NCBI GenBank assembly: GCA_963730185.1
Contig: CAVSQW010000004.1
Coordinates: 93,408 to 157,407, forward strand
Source: an uncultured Gemmatimonadales bacterium
GTDB lineage: Bacteria; Gemmatimonadota; Gemmatimonadetes; Gemmatimonadales; GWC2-71-9
Length of the DNA stretch: 64,000 nucleotides
Reading direction: 5' to 3'
In this document: in pieces, positions 18,063-27,392 of the stretch
How positions within the stretch are numbered: position 1 is the stretch's first letter
How the letters are laid out: every line of letters starts with the position of its first letter
Notes under the pieces: model-generated
What the model saw: the letters and a program-made list of their open reading frames with translations, nothing else
The model's database searches: none
Told to the model about the DNA's origin: nothing
Made by a program: the position numbers and the translations under genes

Positions 18063-19313
18063 TCAGGCCGGTCTCGGCGGCGCCTCCCGTTCCAGCCGCT
18101 CCCGGGGCAGGGCCAGCCAGAGGAGGGCCGAGAGCACGGCCACGCCGGCCCACACAAGGAGCAGCGCGGTCCAGCCCCAGGCCTCCTGCATGCGCGGCAC
18201 CGCCCAGATCGAGATGATGCCGCCCAAATTCCCCATGAAGTTGAGTACCCCCCCGGCCGCGCCCGGGTTGCGGTGGCCCATGATGGTGGCGGTGGTCCAG
18301 AACGGGCTCTCGGTGGCATTGATGCACCCGACCGACAGCGAGAGCGCCGCGACGGCGAGGAAGGCGTTGGACAGGTTGGCGCCGATCACCACCAGCGCCG
18401 CCGCGGTCAGCAGGCCGCCCATCGCGACCCGTCGGCGGGCCCGGCCGGCCGGCATCCGGCGGGCGAGTCGGTCGACGGCGAGGCCACCCAGCGGGCCGAG
18501 CAGAAAGGCGACGAAGTAAGGCGCGCTTCCCCAGACGCCGCTCGCCAGCACACTGAAGCCCCGGCCCTCGACCAAGTAGCGAAAGAACCAGAAGACGAAC
18601 ACGAAGAAGACCGCCGCCTCCATCACGTAGGCGAGGCCCAGAATCATCAGGTCGCGATCGAAGAGGAGCGCCAGCGAGGCCCGGAACTGGGCGCCGAGTG
18701 GCGGCATCAGGCCTCGCTCCTCCCGGCTCGGCGGTGGGGGCGCCGCCCCGAACCAGACCACCGCCATCAGGAGGGCCACCACCCCGCTCGCGAGGAACAC
18801 CGGCCGCCATCCGGCCCGGACCATCAGGGGGGCCAGTGTGAGCGGGGCGAGGGCCGCGCCGAGGAGCGCGGCCGCGATGAAGACGCCGTTGGCGGTGGCC
18901 CGGCGGTCGGCCGGGACGTGGCGGTAGATGGCCATCGCCCCCACCGGGTAGGTGGCGGCCTCGGTCACGCCGAGGAAGAACCGGGCCCCGAAGAGCGCGA
19001 AGAACGCGGCGCCGGCGGCGGGTGGCAGCAGGCCCGACGCGAACGAGGCCACCGCCCAGCCCAGGAGCGCCAGGCCGAGCACCAGGCGGGCGCCGAAGCG
19101 GTCACCGAGGAAACCGGCCGGGACCTGGAACAGGGCATAGGCCAGCTGAAAGCCCCAGGCGGAGATGGTGCCCATGTCCTTCATGCTGAGCCCGAGCTCG
19201 GGCGCCAGGTACTCCTGGGCGATCGAGATGTTGGTCCGGAGGGCGTAGCTCACCAGGCTCACCAGAGCCAGCAGCACCACGAGGCGGACGGGATGCTTGG
19301 TCGACCGCGTCAT
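18063..19313 (-). CDS. MFS transporter (ACS/DgoT-like)
   Basis: About 12 hydrophobic segments, motif A GFLGDRFGAR, and RFFLGVTEA. Confidence 0.9.
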   Translation of the reverse strand: MTRSTKHPVRLVVLLALVSLVSYALRTNISIAQEYLAPELGLSMKDMGTISAWGFQLAYALFQVPAGFLGDRFGARLVLGLALLGWAVASFASGLLPPAAGAAFFALFGARFFLGVTEAATYPVGAMAIYRHVPADRRATANGVFIAAALLGAALAPLTLAPLMVRAGWRPVFLASGVVALLMAVVWFGAAPPPPSREERGLMPPLGAQFRASLALLFDRDLMILGLAYVMEAAVFFVFVFWFFRYLVEGRGFSVLASGVWGSAPYFVAFLLGPLGGLAVDRLARRMPAGRARRRVAMGGLLTAAALVVIGANLSNAFLAVAALSLSVGCINATESPFWTTATIMGHRNPGAAGGVLNFMGNLGGIISIWAVPRMQEAWGWTALLLVWAGVAVLSALLWLALPRERLEREAPPRPA

Positions 19314-19433
19314 CACACCTCGGGGGCGGGGGCCGCCGGCGATGGGAACACCGAGCCGTCGCCGGCGCGCTTGCGACGCCGGGAGCGGCAGGATACGATG
19401 CGAGGGTCAAAATCCGGGAACCAGTCCAACATT

Positions 19434-21179
19434 ATGGGACATCCCCCCTTCCAGAACCGGCGCGCCCTCGTCGCCGGGCTGATCCTCGTTGGCCTGGTCG
19501 CCGGGGCACGACCGGTCGCGGCGCAGGGCGCCGTCGGACACCCGCGGTTCGGCGTCTGGATTCCGATGCGCGACGGGATCCGGCTTTCGGCCAACCTCTG
19601 GACGCCGAGCGACAGCGGACGCTACCCGACGATCCTGATCCGAACGCCTTACGTCAAGACCGCGCAGTTCCGGCGCTATGGGCTGGCCGCGTACGTGGAG
19701 CATGGGTACGCCGTGGTCCTCCAGGACACCCGCGGGCGGGGTGACTCCGAGGGCGAGTTCGATTTCTACTTCCCCGAGGGGCGCGACGGGTACGACACGA
19801 TCGAGTGGATCGCCCGACAGCCGTGGTCCAACGGCCGGGTGGGGATGGACGGGGGGTCGTATCTCGGGACCGTCCAGTGGTTGGCGGCTCGCGAGCACCC
19901 GCCGTCGCTGGCCTGCATTGCGCCGACGGCGCCGTCCGGGCGGATCTTCGACGAGCTGCCCTACCTCGGCGGCGCCTTCCGGATGGAGTGGGCGCTGCCC
20001 TGGCTCAACTCGGTTGCCGGCCACGTGGCGCAGGACGAGCTGGCCGGTCTGGTGGACTGGGGCCGGGTCGCCGCCCACCGGCCCCTCCTTACCATGGACG
20101 AGGCCTTCGGCCGGCCGATGCGGCTCTACCGCGAGTTCCTCCAGCACCCGACCCTCGACGACTACTGGCGTCGGCTGGTGTTCTCCCCGGCCGATTTCGC
20201 CGCGATCGACGTCCCCGCGCTGATGGTCACGGGGTGGTTCGACGGCGATCAGCCGGGGGCGCTGTCGTACTGGGACGGGCTGGAGCGCCACAACAGCCGC
20301 CGCGGCGATCGGTTCCTGATCGTGGGTCCCTGGACCCATGCGATGACCTACCTCGGCGGGGGCGACAAGGTCGGCGAGATCGCGCTCCCCCGGAATTCGG
20401 TGCTGGACATTCAGGCCATCAGGATCGCGTTCTTCGACTGGTGTCTCAAGCGGTCGAGCCCGCGGTTCGACGAGCCCCGGGTTCGGGTCTATCTCACCGG
20501 CGCCGATCGATGGGTCGACGCCGATCGCTACCCGCTGCCCGAGGCCACGATTCGCGAGCTCTACCTCGGGAGCGACGGGGCCGCCAATTCCGCGGCCGGC
20601 GACGGTCGGCTGACCTGGGCCCCCCCCGGGCGGGAGCGGGCCGACACCTTCACCTTCGATCCCCGGCATCCGGTGCCGTCCAAGGGCATCACCCAGGACC
20701 ATCGAGACATCGAGCGGCGGGGCGACGTGCTGGTCTATACCTCGGCGCCCCTTACCGTGCCGGTCGATCTGCTGGGCCGGGTGTTCGTTCGCCTCGTGGC
20801 GGCCAGCGACGCCGTCGACACCGACTTCACCGCCAAGCTGCTCGACGTGGACCCCGACGGGCGGGCGGTCCTGCTCGGTCCCGAGGATGTCGGCGTTCGC
20901 CGGGCCCGGTACCGGAGCGGCTATGAGCGCGAGGTCTCGCTCACCCCCGGTGCACCGACCGAGCTCGAGATCGAGCTCTTCGACATCGGCCACCGCTTCG
21001 GGGTCGGTCATCGGATCCGGGTGGAGATCTCCAGCAGCGGGTCGCCCTTCGTCGATCCCAATCCGAACACAGGTCTTCCGATCGCGACCGACACCACCTG
21101 GCGGGTCGCGCGGCAGACGGTTTATCACGAGTCCGGGCATCGGTCGCGGGTGCTGTTGCCGGTACTCCCGACCCCCTGA
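19434..21179 (+). CDS. CocE/NonD family hydrolase (S15-like), exported
   Basis: PMRDGIRL, RTPY, DTRGRGDSEG, GGSYLG, GWFD and GPWTH motifs plus a signal peptide. Alternative start at 19398. Confidence 0.92.
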   Translation: MGHPPFQNRRALVAGLILVGLVAGARPVAAQGAVGHPRFGVWIPMRDGIRLSANLWTPSDSGRYPTILIRTPYVKTAQFRRYGLAAYVEHGYAVVLQDTRGRGDSEGEFDFYFPEGRDGYDTIEWIARQPWSNGRVGMDGGSYLGTVQWLAAREHPPSLACIAPTAPSGRIFDELPYLGGAFRMEWALPWLNSVAGHVAQDELAGLVDWGRVAAHRPLLTMDEAFGRPMRLYREFLQHPTLDDYWRRLVFSPADFAAIDVPALMVTGWFDGDQPGALSYWDGLERHNSRRGDRFLIVGPWTHAMTYLGGGDKVGEIALPRNSVLDIQAIRIAFFDWCLKRSSPRFDEPRVRVYLTGADRWVDADRYPLPEATIRELYLGSDGAANSAAGDGRLTWAPPGRERADTFTFDPRHPVPSKGITQDHRDIERRGDVLVYTSAPLTVPVDLLGRVFVRLVAASDAVDTDFTAKLLDVDPDGRAVLLGPEDVGVRRARYRSGYEREVSLTPGAPTELEIELFDIGHRFGVGHRIRVEISSSGSPFVDPNPNTGLPIATDTTWRVARQTVYHESGHRSRVLLPVLPTP

Positions 21180-21197
21180 GGCGACCGCCGTCACGAG

Positions 21198-23426
21198 ATG
21201 GAGCGCGTCATGACACGATGGATTCGTCTGGTGACCGTCGCCCTGGTCGCCGCCGTGCTGCCCGGCGCGGCGGAAGCCCAGGCTCGGGGGATGGCCCTGT
21301 TCGGCGCGATGGTCGGCGGCAACCTGGCCCCGATCACGGGCACCACGGACGTCCGCTGGCTCCCGGACGGGATGGGTTACCTGGAGCGCGACTCGACCGC
21401 GGCTGGATGGCGCTACTTCAAGGTGGATCCACCGACCGGCCGCCGAAGTCCGCTCTTCGACGCCGGCACCACCGCGGCGCTTGGCCGGGAGCTCGAGCGG
21501 ATGGGGCGACCGAAGGCCGCGGCTCTGCCGTTCGGTGATTTCAGGTACGAGCAGGCGGGTCGGTCGATCCGGTTCACGCTCGACGGCGAGCAGTACCTCT
21601 TCGACCTTGGGGCTCGGGCCCTCCGAAGGCTCCGGATGCCGAGGCGGGTGGGCCCGCTCGACCAGGCGACCACCGAGGCGGGGACCTTCTCGCCCGACTT
21701 CCGTTGGTACGCCTTCATCCGCGACTACGACAACCTCTTCCTGTGCGACACGGAGACCGGCCGGGAGGAGCGGCTCACGACCGGGACCTCGGAGAACAAC
21801 CTGGTGGGCTTTCTCGACGCGGGGCCGTGGTACGTCTGGTCGCCCGACGGGAAGCGGGTGGCCTATCTCACGGCCGATCAGAGCGAGATCTACCGCTATC
21901 CGCTGCTCCACAACCTGGAGCCCAAGGCCACGGTCGAGCTTTTCCGGTACCCGCTTACCATCAGCCCCAATCCGACCCTCACCCTCCACGTGATCGACGT
22001 GGCCACGAAGGTCGATCGGGTCATCCTCACCACCACGCAGGAGGATCCGTACCTGCGGGACATCGTCTGGCTCGACGACGGGAGCGAGGTGACGTTCCGG
22101 GTGGTGGGGCAGTGGATGAACCATCGGGAGCTCCGGGCGGCGGATCCCGAGTCCGGCCGGATGCGGACGATCCTGGTCGACTCGCTCGATACCTACTTCG
22201 ACCCGGAGGACGGCTACCGCCAGCTGAGCGACGGCCAGCACTTCACCTGGAGCTCGGAGCGGAGCGGGTGGAAGCAGCTGTACCTCTACGACCGCTCGGG
22301 GCATGAGGTCCGCCAACTGACCACCGGGGAATGGGACAAGGGGCCGATTGCGGGCGTCGACGAGCGGGGCGGGTGGGTCTACTTCACGGGGGCCACGCGG
22401 CTCGGGCTCGAGCAGCACCTGTTTCGCGTCAAGTTGGACGGGACGGGGCTCGAGCGGCTCACCCCGGAGCCCGGAATGCACTCCACCTCGATGGACCCCT
22501 CCGCCCGCTGGTTCACCGACCGCGCCTCCTCGCTGACCATGGCCCCGCGAGTGACCCTGCGGTCGGCCGCCGGCAAGGCGCTCCGGACGCTGGCGACCAC
22601 TGACACGACCCAGGTCGCGGCGCTCGGCCTTCAGCCGCCCGAGCTGCTGACCCTCCAGACCGCCGACGGGCAGCCGATGCACGGGATGCTGTACCGGCCC
22701 GCGGACTTCGATTCGACCCGGAAGTATCCCGTCATCGTGAGCGTCTATGGCGGTCCCCACACCAAGGCTGTCCACGACAGCTGGGAGACGACCGGCTTCT
22801 CGGCCGCGATGACCCAGCTCGGGTTCCTGGTGGCGGAGTTCGATGCCCGCGGCACCCTTGGTCGCGGCAAGGCCTTCCAGGCCGGGAACTATCTGAAGAT
22901 GGGGCAGGTGGACGTCGACGATCAGGCGGCGGCGATGAAGCAGCTCGAGGCGCGTCCCTACGTCGACGCGAGCCGGGTGGGGGTCACCGGCATCTCGCAC
23001 GGCGGCTACATGACGCTGATGATGATGCTCCGCTATCCCGACGTGTATCAGGTCGGCGTGGCCGGCGCACCGCTCACCGATCTTCGGAACGGCCCCCGTC
23101 AGTACATCGGGCGCTTCATGCGGACCCCCGCCGCCAACCCCGACGGCTACGAGAAGGCCAACGTGCTCAACTACGCCGATCGGCTCCAGGGGCGGCTCCT
23201 GATCTACCACGGCACCAAAGACCAGAACGCGGTGATCGGGAACACGATGCAGCTGGTGCGAAAGCTGGTCGATCTGGGCAAACCGATCGACCTGATGATC
23301 TACCCGGAAGGGGTCCACGTGCCGGTGGGGCTCGACGCGCCCCATAGCCTTCGGACGATCGTGAGCTACTTTCTGGAACATCTCCGTCCCGATGGTTGGG
23401 AGGCGAGCCGGGCCGCGATCTGGTAG
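21198..23426 (+). CDS. S9B dipeptidyl-peptidase IV family protein
   Basis: DPP-IV N-terminal propeller, VYGGP, GISHGG, HGTKDQN and YPEGVH, plus a signal peptide. Confidence 0.92.
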   Translation: MERVMTRWIRLVTVALVAAVLPGAAEAQARGMALFGAMVGGNLAPITGTTDVRWLPDGMGYLERDSTAAGWRYFKVDPPTGRRSPLFDAGTTAALGRELERMGRPKAAALPFGDFRYEQAGRSIRFTLDGEQYLFDLGARALRRLRMPRRVGPLDQATTEAGTFSPDFRWYAFIRDYDNLFLCDTETGREERLTTGTSENNLVGFLDAGPWYVWSPDGKRVAYLTADQSEIYRYPLLHNLEPKATVELFRYPLTISPNPTLTLHVIDVATKVDRVILTTTQEDPYLRDIVWLDDGSEVTFRVVGQWMNHRELRAADPESGRMRTILVDSLDTYFDPEDGYRQLSDGQHFTWSSERSGWKQLYLYDRSGHEVRQLTTGEWDKGPIAGVDERGGWVYFTGATRLGLEQHLFRVKLDGTGLERLTPEPGMHSTSMDPSARWFTDRASSLTMAPRVTLRSAAGKALRTLATTDTTQVAALGLQPPELLTLQTADGQPMHGMLYRPADFDSTRKYPVIVSVYGGPHTKAVHDSWETTGFSAAMTQLGFLVAEFDARGTLGRGKAFQAGNYLKMGQVDVDDQAAAMKQLEARPYVDASRVGVTGISHGGYMTLMMMLRYPDVYQVGVAGAPLTDLRNGPRQYIGRFMRTPAANPDGYEKANVLNYADRLQGRLLIYHGTKDQNAVIGNTMQLVRKLVDLGKPIDLMIYPEGVHVPVGLDAPHSLRTIVSYFLEHLRPDGWEASRAAIW

Positions 23427-23483
23427 GCGGCCCGGGGGCGGAGGGCCATTCCCCGATTCATTCCAGCAGGAGGGAGGCGAGGC

Positions 23484-25400
23484 ATGCCCCGCGCGTTTCG
23501 TGTCGTCCTTACCGGCCTGGCGCTCTGCGGCGCCGCGTGCGGCCGCGACTCCTCCACCGGCGCCGACAGGGTCTCGGAGTTCGGCCGCTACGAGGGCTAC
23601 ACGCCCGAGATCTTCTCGGAGTGGGTAACGGCCAGCCACTACGTGACCATGCGCGACGGCGTCAAGCTGGCCGTCGACATCACCCGGCCGGCCCGGAACG
23701 GCGTCGCCGTGGACACGGCCCTCCCGGTGGTGTGGACTCACTCCCGCTATCACCGGAAGGTGCCCTCGGCGGCTGCGATGGCGGCGAGCCAAGACCTCGG
23801 CAACCTCCGGCCGGGCGAGCAGCCGCACGTCGTGGCCCCCGATTCGGTGCCGCCCGAGACCGGGTACGTCGACGCCCAACGGTCGCTCCAGCAGCTGGTC
23901 AAGCACGGCTACGTCGTGGTCACCGTGGGGGTCCGCGGCAGCGACGTGTCCTACGGGCGCTATCAGGGGCTCTTCTCGCCGGCCGAGACCCGGGACGCCT
24001 ACGACGTGATGGACTGGATGACCAAGCAGCCCTGGTGCGACGGCAACATCGGGATGTTCGGCGGGTCGTATCTCGGGATCACCCAGTACATGGCGGCCAG
24101 CACCAAGCACCCCGCGCTCAAGGCCATCTTTCCGACGGTCGCGGCCTTTTCCATGTACGACGTGCTCTACGACGGCGGGGTTTATCGCCAGAACATGATC
24201 CAGCACTGGGGGATCCTGACCCGGTTCATGGACGTGGCGGTGACCGCCACCCCGGTCGACGAAGACGAGATGGGCCGGATGGCCAAGGAGGCCGTGGCTC
24301 AGCACGCCGACAACTGGAACGTGATCGAGGAGTACCGGAAGGCGCCCTTCCGCGATCACGACACGCCGGATTTCGCCTGGAGCCGTGGGGAGCCGGCCGA
24401 GCTCCTGAGCGACATCAACCAGTCGGGCGTCGCGGCGTACCATTGGGGCGGGTGGTACGACATCTTCGCCCGCGACGAGATGCTCTGGGAAGCCAACTAC
24501 ACCGGCCCCGAGCGGGTGACCATGGGCCCCTGGTCGCACGCCTTCACCACCGACAGCGTGATGGCCGCGCAGCAGGCCCAGTACTCGAGCGCCGAGCAGT
24601 TCCGCTGGTTCGACCGCTGGCTCAAGGGCATCCGGAACGGAGTCGACACCGAGCCGCCGATCCACTACGCCCTGATGGACGACCCGGGGCGGTGGACCTG
24701 GAAGAGCGCCCGGGCGTGGCCGCCGGCCGGGGTCACCGACGCGAGCTACTACTTCGCCGGAGGCCCGTCCGGCAGCGTGGGCTCGGCCAACGACGGCCTT
24801 CTCGTGGCCGATTCGACGGGGGCCAAGGGCGTCGACGTGTACCAGGTCGATCCCACCACCACCACGGGCACCGCCACCCGCTGGGACAACGCCGTGGGGC
24901 AGGGCCCGATGCGGTATCCGGACATGGCGGCGAACGACGCCAAGGCGCTCACCTACACCACCGCGCCGCTTGCGAAGGACGTGAAGGTGGTGGGCCACCC
25001 GGTGGTGACGCTCTACGTGTCGAGCGACCAGCGGGACGGTGACTTCTACGCCCTGCTCGAGGAGGTCGACTCGACCGGGCACTCGCGCTACGTCTCGGAA
25101 GGGATGCTGCGGGCGTCACACCGGAAGGTGTCCCCGGCGCCTTGGAACAACCTCGGGCTTCCGTACCACCGGAGCTATCGCGAGGACCTCGAGCCGCTGA
25201 CCCCGGGAGAGACCGTGGAGCTGGCCTTCGACCTCGAGCCGACCGCCACGGTGTTCAACGCCGGCCACCGGATTCGGGTAACGATCACCGGGGCCGACAC
25301 CGACAACACCGAGCCGGCCCCGGTCAAGGGCCGGCCGACCATCACGATGCGTCGGGGCGGAGCCCAGGCCTCGATGATCAAGCTGCCGGTCATGCCGTGA
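23484..25400 (+). CDS. CocE/NonD family hydrolase, probable lipoprotein
   Basis: TMRDGVKLA, GGSYLG, GWYD and GPWSH motifs; lipobox-like LALCGAAC; GGAGG RBS. Confidence 0.9.
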   Translation: MPRAFRVVLTGLALCGAACGRDSSTGADRVSEFGRYEGYTPEIFSEWVTASHYVTMRDGVKLAVDITRPARNGVAVDTALPVVWTHSRYHRKVPSAAAMAASQDLGNLRPGEQPHVVAPDSVPPETGYVDAQRSLQQLVKHGYVVVTVGVRGSDVSYGRYQGLFSPAETRDAYDVMDWMTKQPWCDGNIGMFGGSYLGITQYMAASTKHPALKAIFPTVAAFSMYDVLYDGGVYRQNMIQHWGILTRFMDVAVTATPVDEDEMGRMAKEAVAQHADNWNVIEEYRKAPFRDHDTPDFAWSRGEPAELLSDINQSGVAAYHWGGWYDIFARDEMLWEANYTGPERVTMGPWSHAFTTDSVMAAQQAQYSSAEQFRWFDRWLKGIRNGVDTEPPIHYALMDDPGRWTWKSARAWPPAGVTDASYYFAGGPSGSVGSANDGLLVADSTGAKGVDVYQVDPTTTTGTATRWDNAVGQGPMRYPDMAANDAKALTYTTAPLAKDVKVVGHPVVTLYVSSDQRDGDFYALLEEVDSTGHSRYVSEGMLRASHRKVSPAPWNNLGLPYHRSYREDLEPLTPGETVELAFDLEPTATVFNAGHRIRVTITGADTDNTEPAPVKGRPTITMRRGGAQASMIKLPVMP

Positions 25401-26352
25401 TCTCGCCCCGGCTCCGCCGGAGCACGTGATACGCGGCCACCAGATCCTGGGCCACGACGCCGAGCGAGTTGTAGAGGGTTACCTCGTCGTCGTCGCCGCG
25501 GCCCGGGATCTCCGCCAGCACCAGGCGACCAATCTCGCCGACGATGTGATCCTCGCCGATGGCGCCTTCCTGAATCGGAAGCAAGAGGTCGCCGCCCTCG
25601 TTCATGGTCGACTCGAACGAGTCGACGTACACCCGGGCCCGCACGATCAGGGCGGTATCGGCCTCGCGGGTCGTGGGGGAGTGCGCCCCGACCAGGTTCA
25701 CGTGCGCGCCGGGCTTGACCCACTCGCCTCGGAGTACGGGAGTGGGTGAGCCGGTGACCGTGCAGATGAGGTCGGCGGCCGCGACTTCCTCGGCCGAGGC
25801 GGGCTCGACCGGGAGTCCGTGTCGCTCGGACTCCCGCTCGGCGAAGGCCCGTACCTTCTCGGGCGACCGGCCCCAGACCTTGACCGACTCGATCGGCCGG
25901 ACGGCCCGCATCGCCTCGAGGTGGGTCGACGCCTGCACCCCGGTCCCGAAGAGGCCGACCGTCCGGGCGTCGGAACGAGCCAGGAGTCGGGTGGCGAGTC
26001 CACTGGCCGCCGCGGTGCGGAGCCCGGTGATCTCGGCCCCGTCGAGCAGCGCCGTCGGCGTGCCGGTCTCGTGGTCGAAGAGCGCCACGAAGCCCTGAAT
26101 CGCGGGGAGCCCGCGGCCGGGATTGGCGGGATGGAGACTGATGATCTTGGCGCCGTAGACGCGGGGCGCCGCCGACGAGCCGGGCATCACCCCGAAATAT
26201 CCGCTCCGATCGATCAGCGGCATGATGATCCGCGGTGGCGTGGCCACCTGCCCGGTCGACGCCGCCACCATCGCCTCAGCCATCGCGTCGACGCAGGCGG
26301 GCATGGGCAGGAGCTCGCGGATCCGTCCGGCGTCGAGGTAGTCGAGTGGCAT
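25390..26352 (-). CDS. Ornithine cyclodeaminase / mu-crystallin family protein
   Basis: GVMPG, YGAK, ITGLRTAAASG, GTGVQA, HVNLVGA and YNSLGVVAQD motifs. Start at ATG 26352. Confidence 0.92.
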   Translation of the reverse strand: MPLDYLDAGRIRELLPMPACVDAMAEAMVAASTGQVATPPRIIMPLIDRSGYFGVMPGSSAAPRVYGAKIISLHPANPGRGLPAIQGFVALFDHETGTPTALLDGAEITGLRTAAASGLATRLLARSDARTVGLFGTGVQASTHLEAMRAVRPIESVKVWGRSPEKVRAFAERESERHGLPVEPASAEEVAAADLICTVTGSPTPVLRGEWVKPGAHVNLVGAHSPTTREADTALIVRARVYVDSFESTMNEGGDLLLPIQEGAIGEDHIVGEIGRLVLAEIPGRGDDDEVTLYNSLGVVAQDLVAAYHVLRRSRGEITA

Positions 26353-26466
26353 CGCAAAGGCTCGCTGGTCTGGGGTAATCGGGTCGGGCCGGGTGCCCGG
26401 GGTCGCGAAACGTGCGAGGAGTGACCGCCCGCTGTCCAGCCCGAGGGGTTGCCGGTCGTCCGGTCG

Positions 26467-26496
26467 GGTGGTACGCTTTCGCAAACGGTGGTACGC
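26467..26496. promoter_or_regulatory. Perfect 10-bp direct repeat GGTGGTACGC (20-bp period) in the ocd/iclR divergent region
   Basis: Copies at 26467-26476 and 26487-26496. Confidence 0.4.
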
Positions 26497-26517
26497 CATC
26501 CCATTTGCTGGGACGCC

Positions 26518-27333
26518 GTGACCGCGCCGTCCGGCGCCGTTCCCCGACCTTCGGACGCGATGCTTCGCAAAGCCAACGCCGTGCTCTCGCTCTTCACCCC
26601 CGATCGGCCGGAGCTGGCCGTGACGGAGATCGGCGAGCTGTTGGGCCGGCCGCGAAGCACGGTGTATCGGATGCTCGGGACCATGGCCGCGGAGGGGTTT
26701 CTCGACCAGGATCCGGCCACCGGGCGTTATCGAGTCGGGATGCGGCTCGCGGCGCTGGGCGAGCTGGCCCGGAGCTCGACGTCGCTCCAACGGGTGGGGC
26801 ACGAGGTCCTGCTCGACCTGGCCGAGGCCACCGGCGAGCTCGCGTCGCTGATGGTGCCCAGCGGCGACGAGGGCGTGACGGTCGACGTGGTCGAGAGCTA
26901 CCACCCGCTCAAGATTCCGGCCCACCTCGGCGGTCGGTTTCCGCTCCACGCCACCGCGGGCGGCCGGGTGATGTTGGCTGCCCAGCCCGAGGATGTCGTC
27001 GAGCACGCCCTATCGCGACCGTTGGCGAGGGTCACGTCGGCCACGATCACCAGTCCGGACCGGCTTCGGCGGGAGCTAGGGAGGGTCCGGCGCCAGGGCT
27101 ACTCCGTGGTCGAGGGCGAGTGGCTGGCGGACGTCAACGCGGTGGCGGCCCCGGTGCGCGATCATCGCGGCGCCCTGATCGCCGCGGTCGGCGCGGCGTC
27201 GCCGCCGACCCGCTGGAAGTCGTCGCACCGACGTGGCATGATCAAGACGGTGGTGGCCCATGCCGACCGGCTCTCTCGCGCCCTGGGCCACACCCCCTCG
27301 GCCGGCAACGGCGACCGCCCCGCTCGGCGGTAG
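26518..27333 (+). CDS. IclR family transcriptional regulator
   Basis: HTH (VTEIGELLGRPRSTVYRML), PLHATAGG, VRRQGYS and VAAPV motifs. Start uncertain (26518 or 26560). Confidence 0.92.
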   Translation: MTAPSGAVPRPSDAMLRKANAVLSLFTPDRPELAVTEIGELLGRPRSTVYRMLGTMAAEGFLDQDPATGRYRVGMRLAALGELARSSTSLQRVGHEVLLDLAEATGELASLMVPSGDEGVTVDVVESYHPLKIPAHLGGRFPLHATAGGRVMLAAQPEDVVEHALSRPLARVTSATITSPDRLRRELGRVRRQGYSVVEGEWLADVNAVAAPVRDHRGALIAAVGAASPPTRWKSSHRRGMIKTVVAHADRLSRALGHTPSAGNGDRPARR

Positions 27334-27392
27334 CCACGGTCCGCCGAGCCTTTTACCTCGACTGTTCTCTCACCCGATCGCCGGACGAACCG

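Noticed and set aside
16830..21179. Apparent giant ORFs (1449 aa; also 30117-34619, 53432-56569, 26412-29009) as fusion proteins
   Set aside because: The N-terminal parts are out-of-frame read-through of neighbouring genes. Real starts with signal peptides lie downstream.
19407..25082. Very long antisense/alternate-frame ORFs (1891 aa here; also 676-3003, 27162-30308, 31581-34709, 59570-62371)
   Set aside because: Shadow ORFs of high-GC coding strands. They have no motifs and fully overlap well-supported genes.
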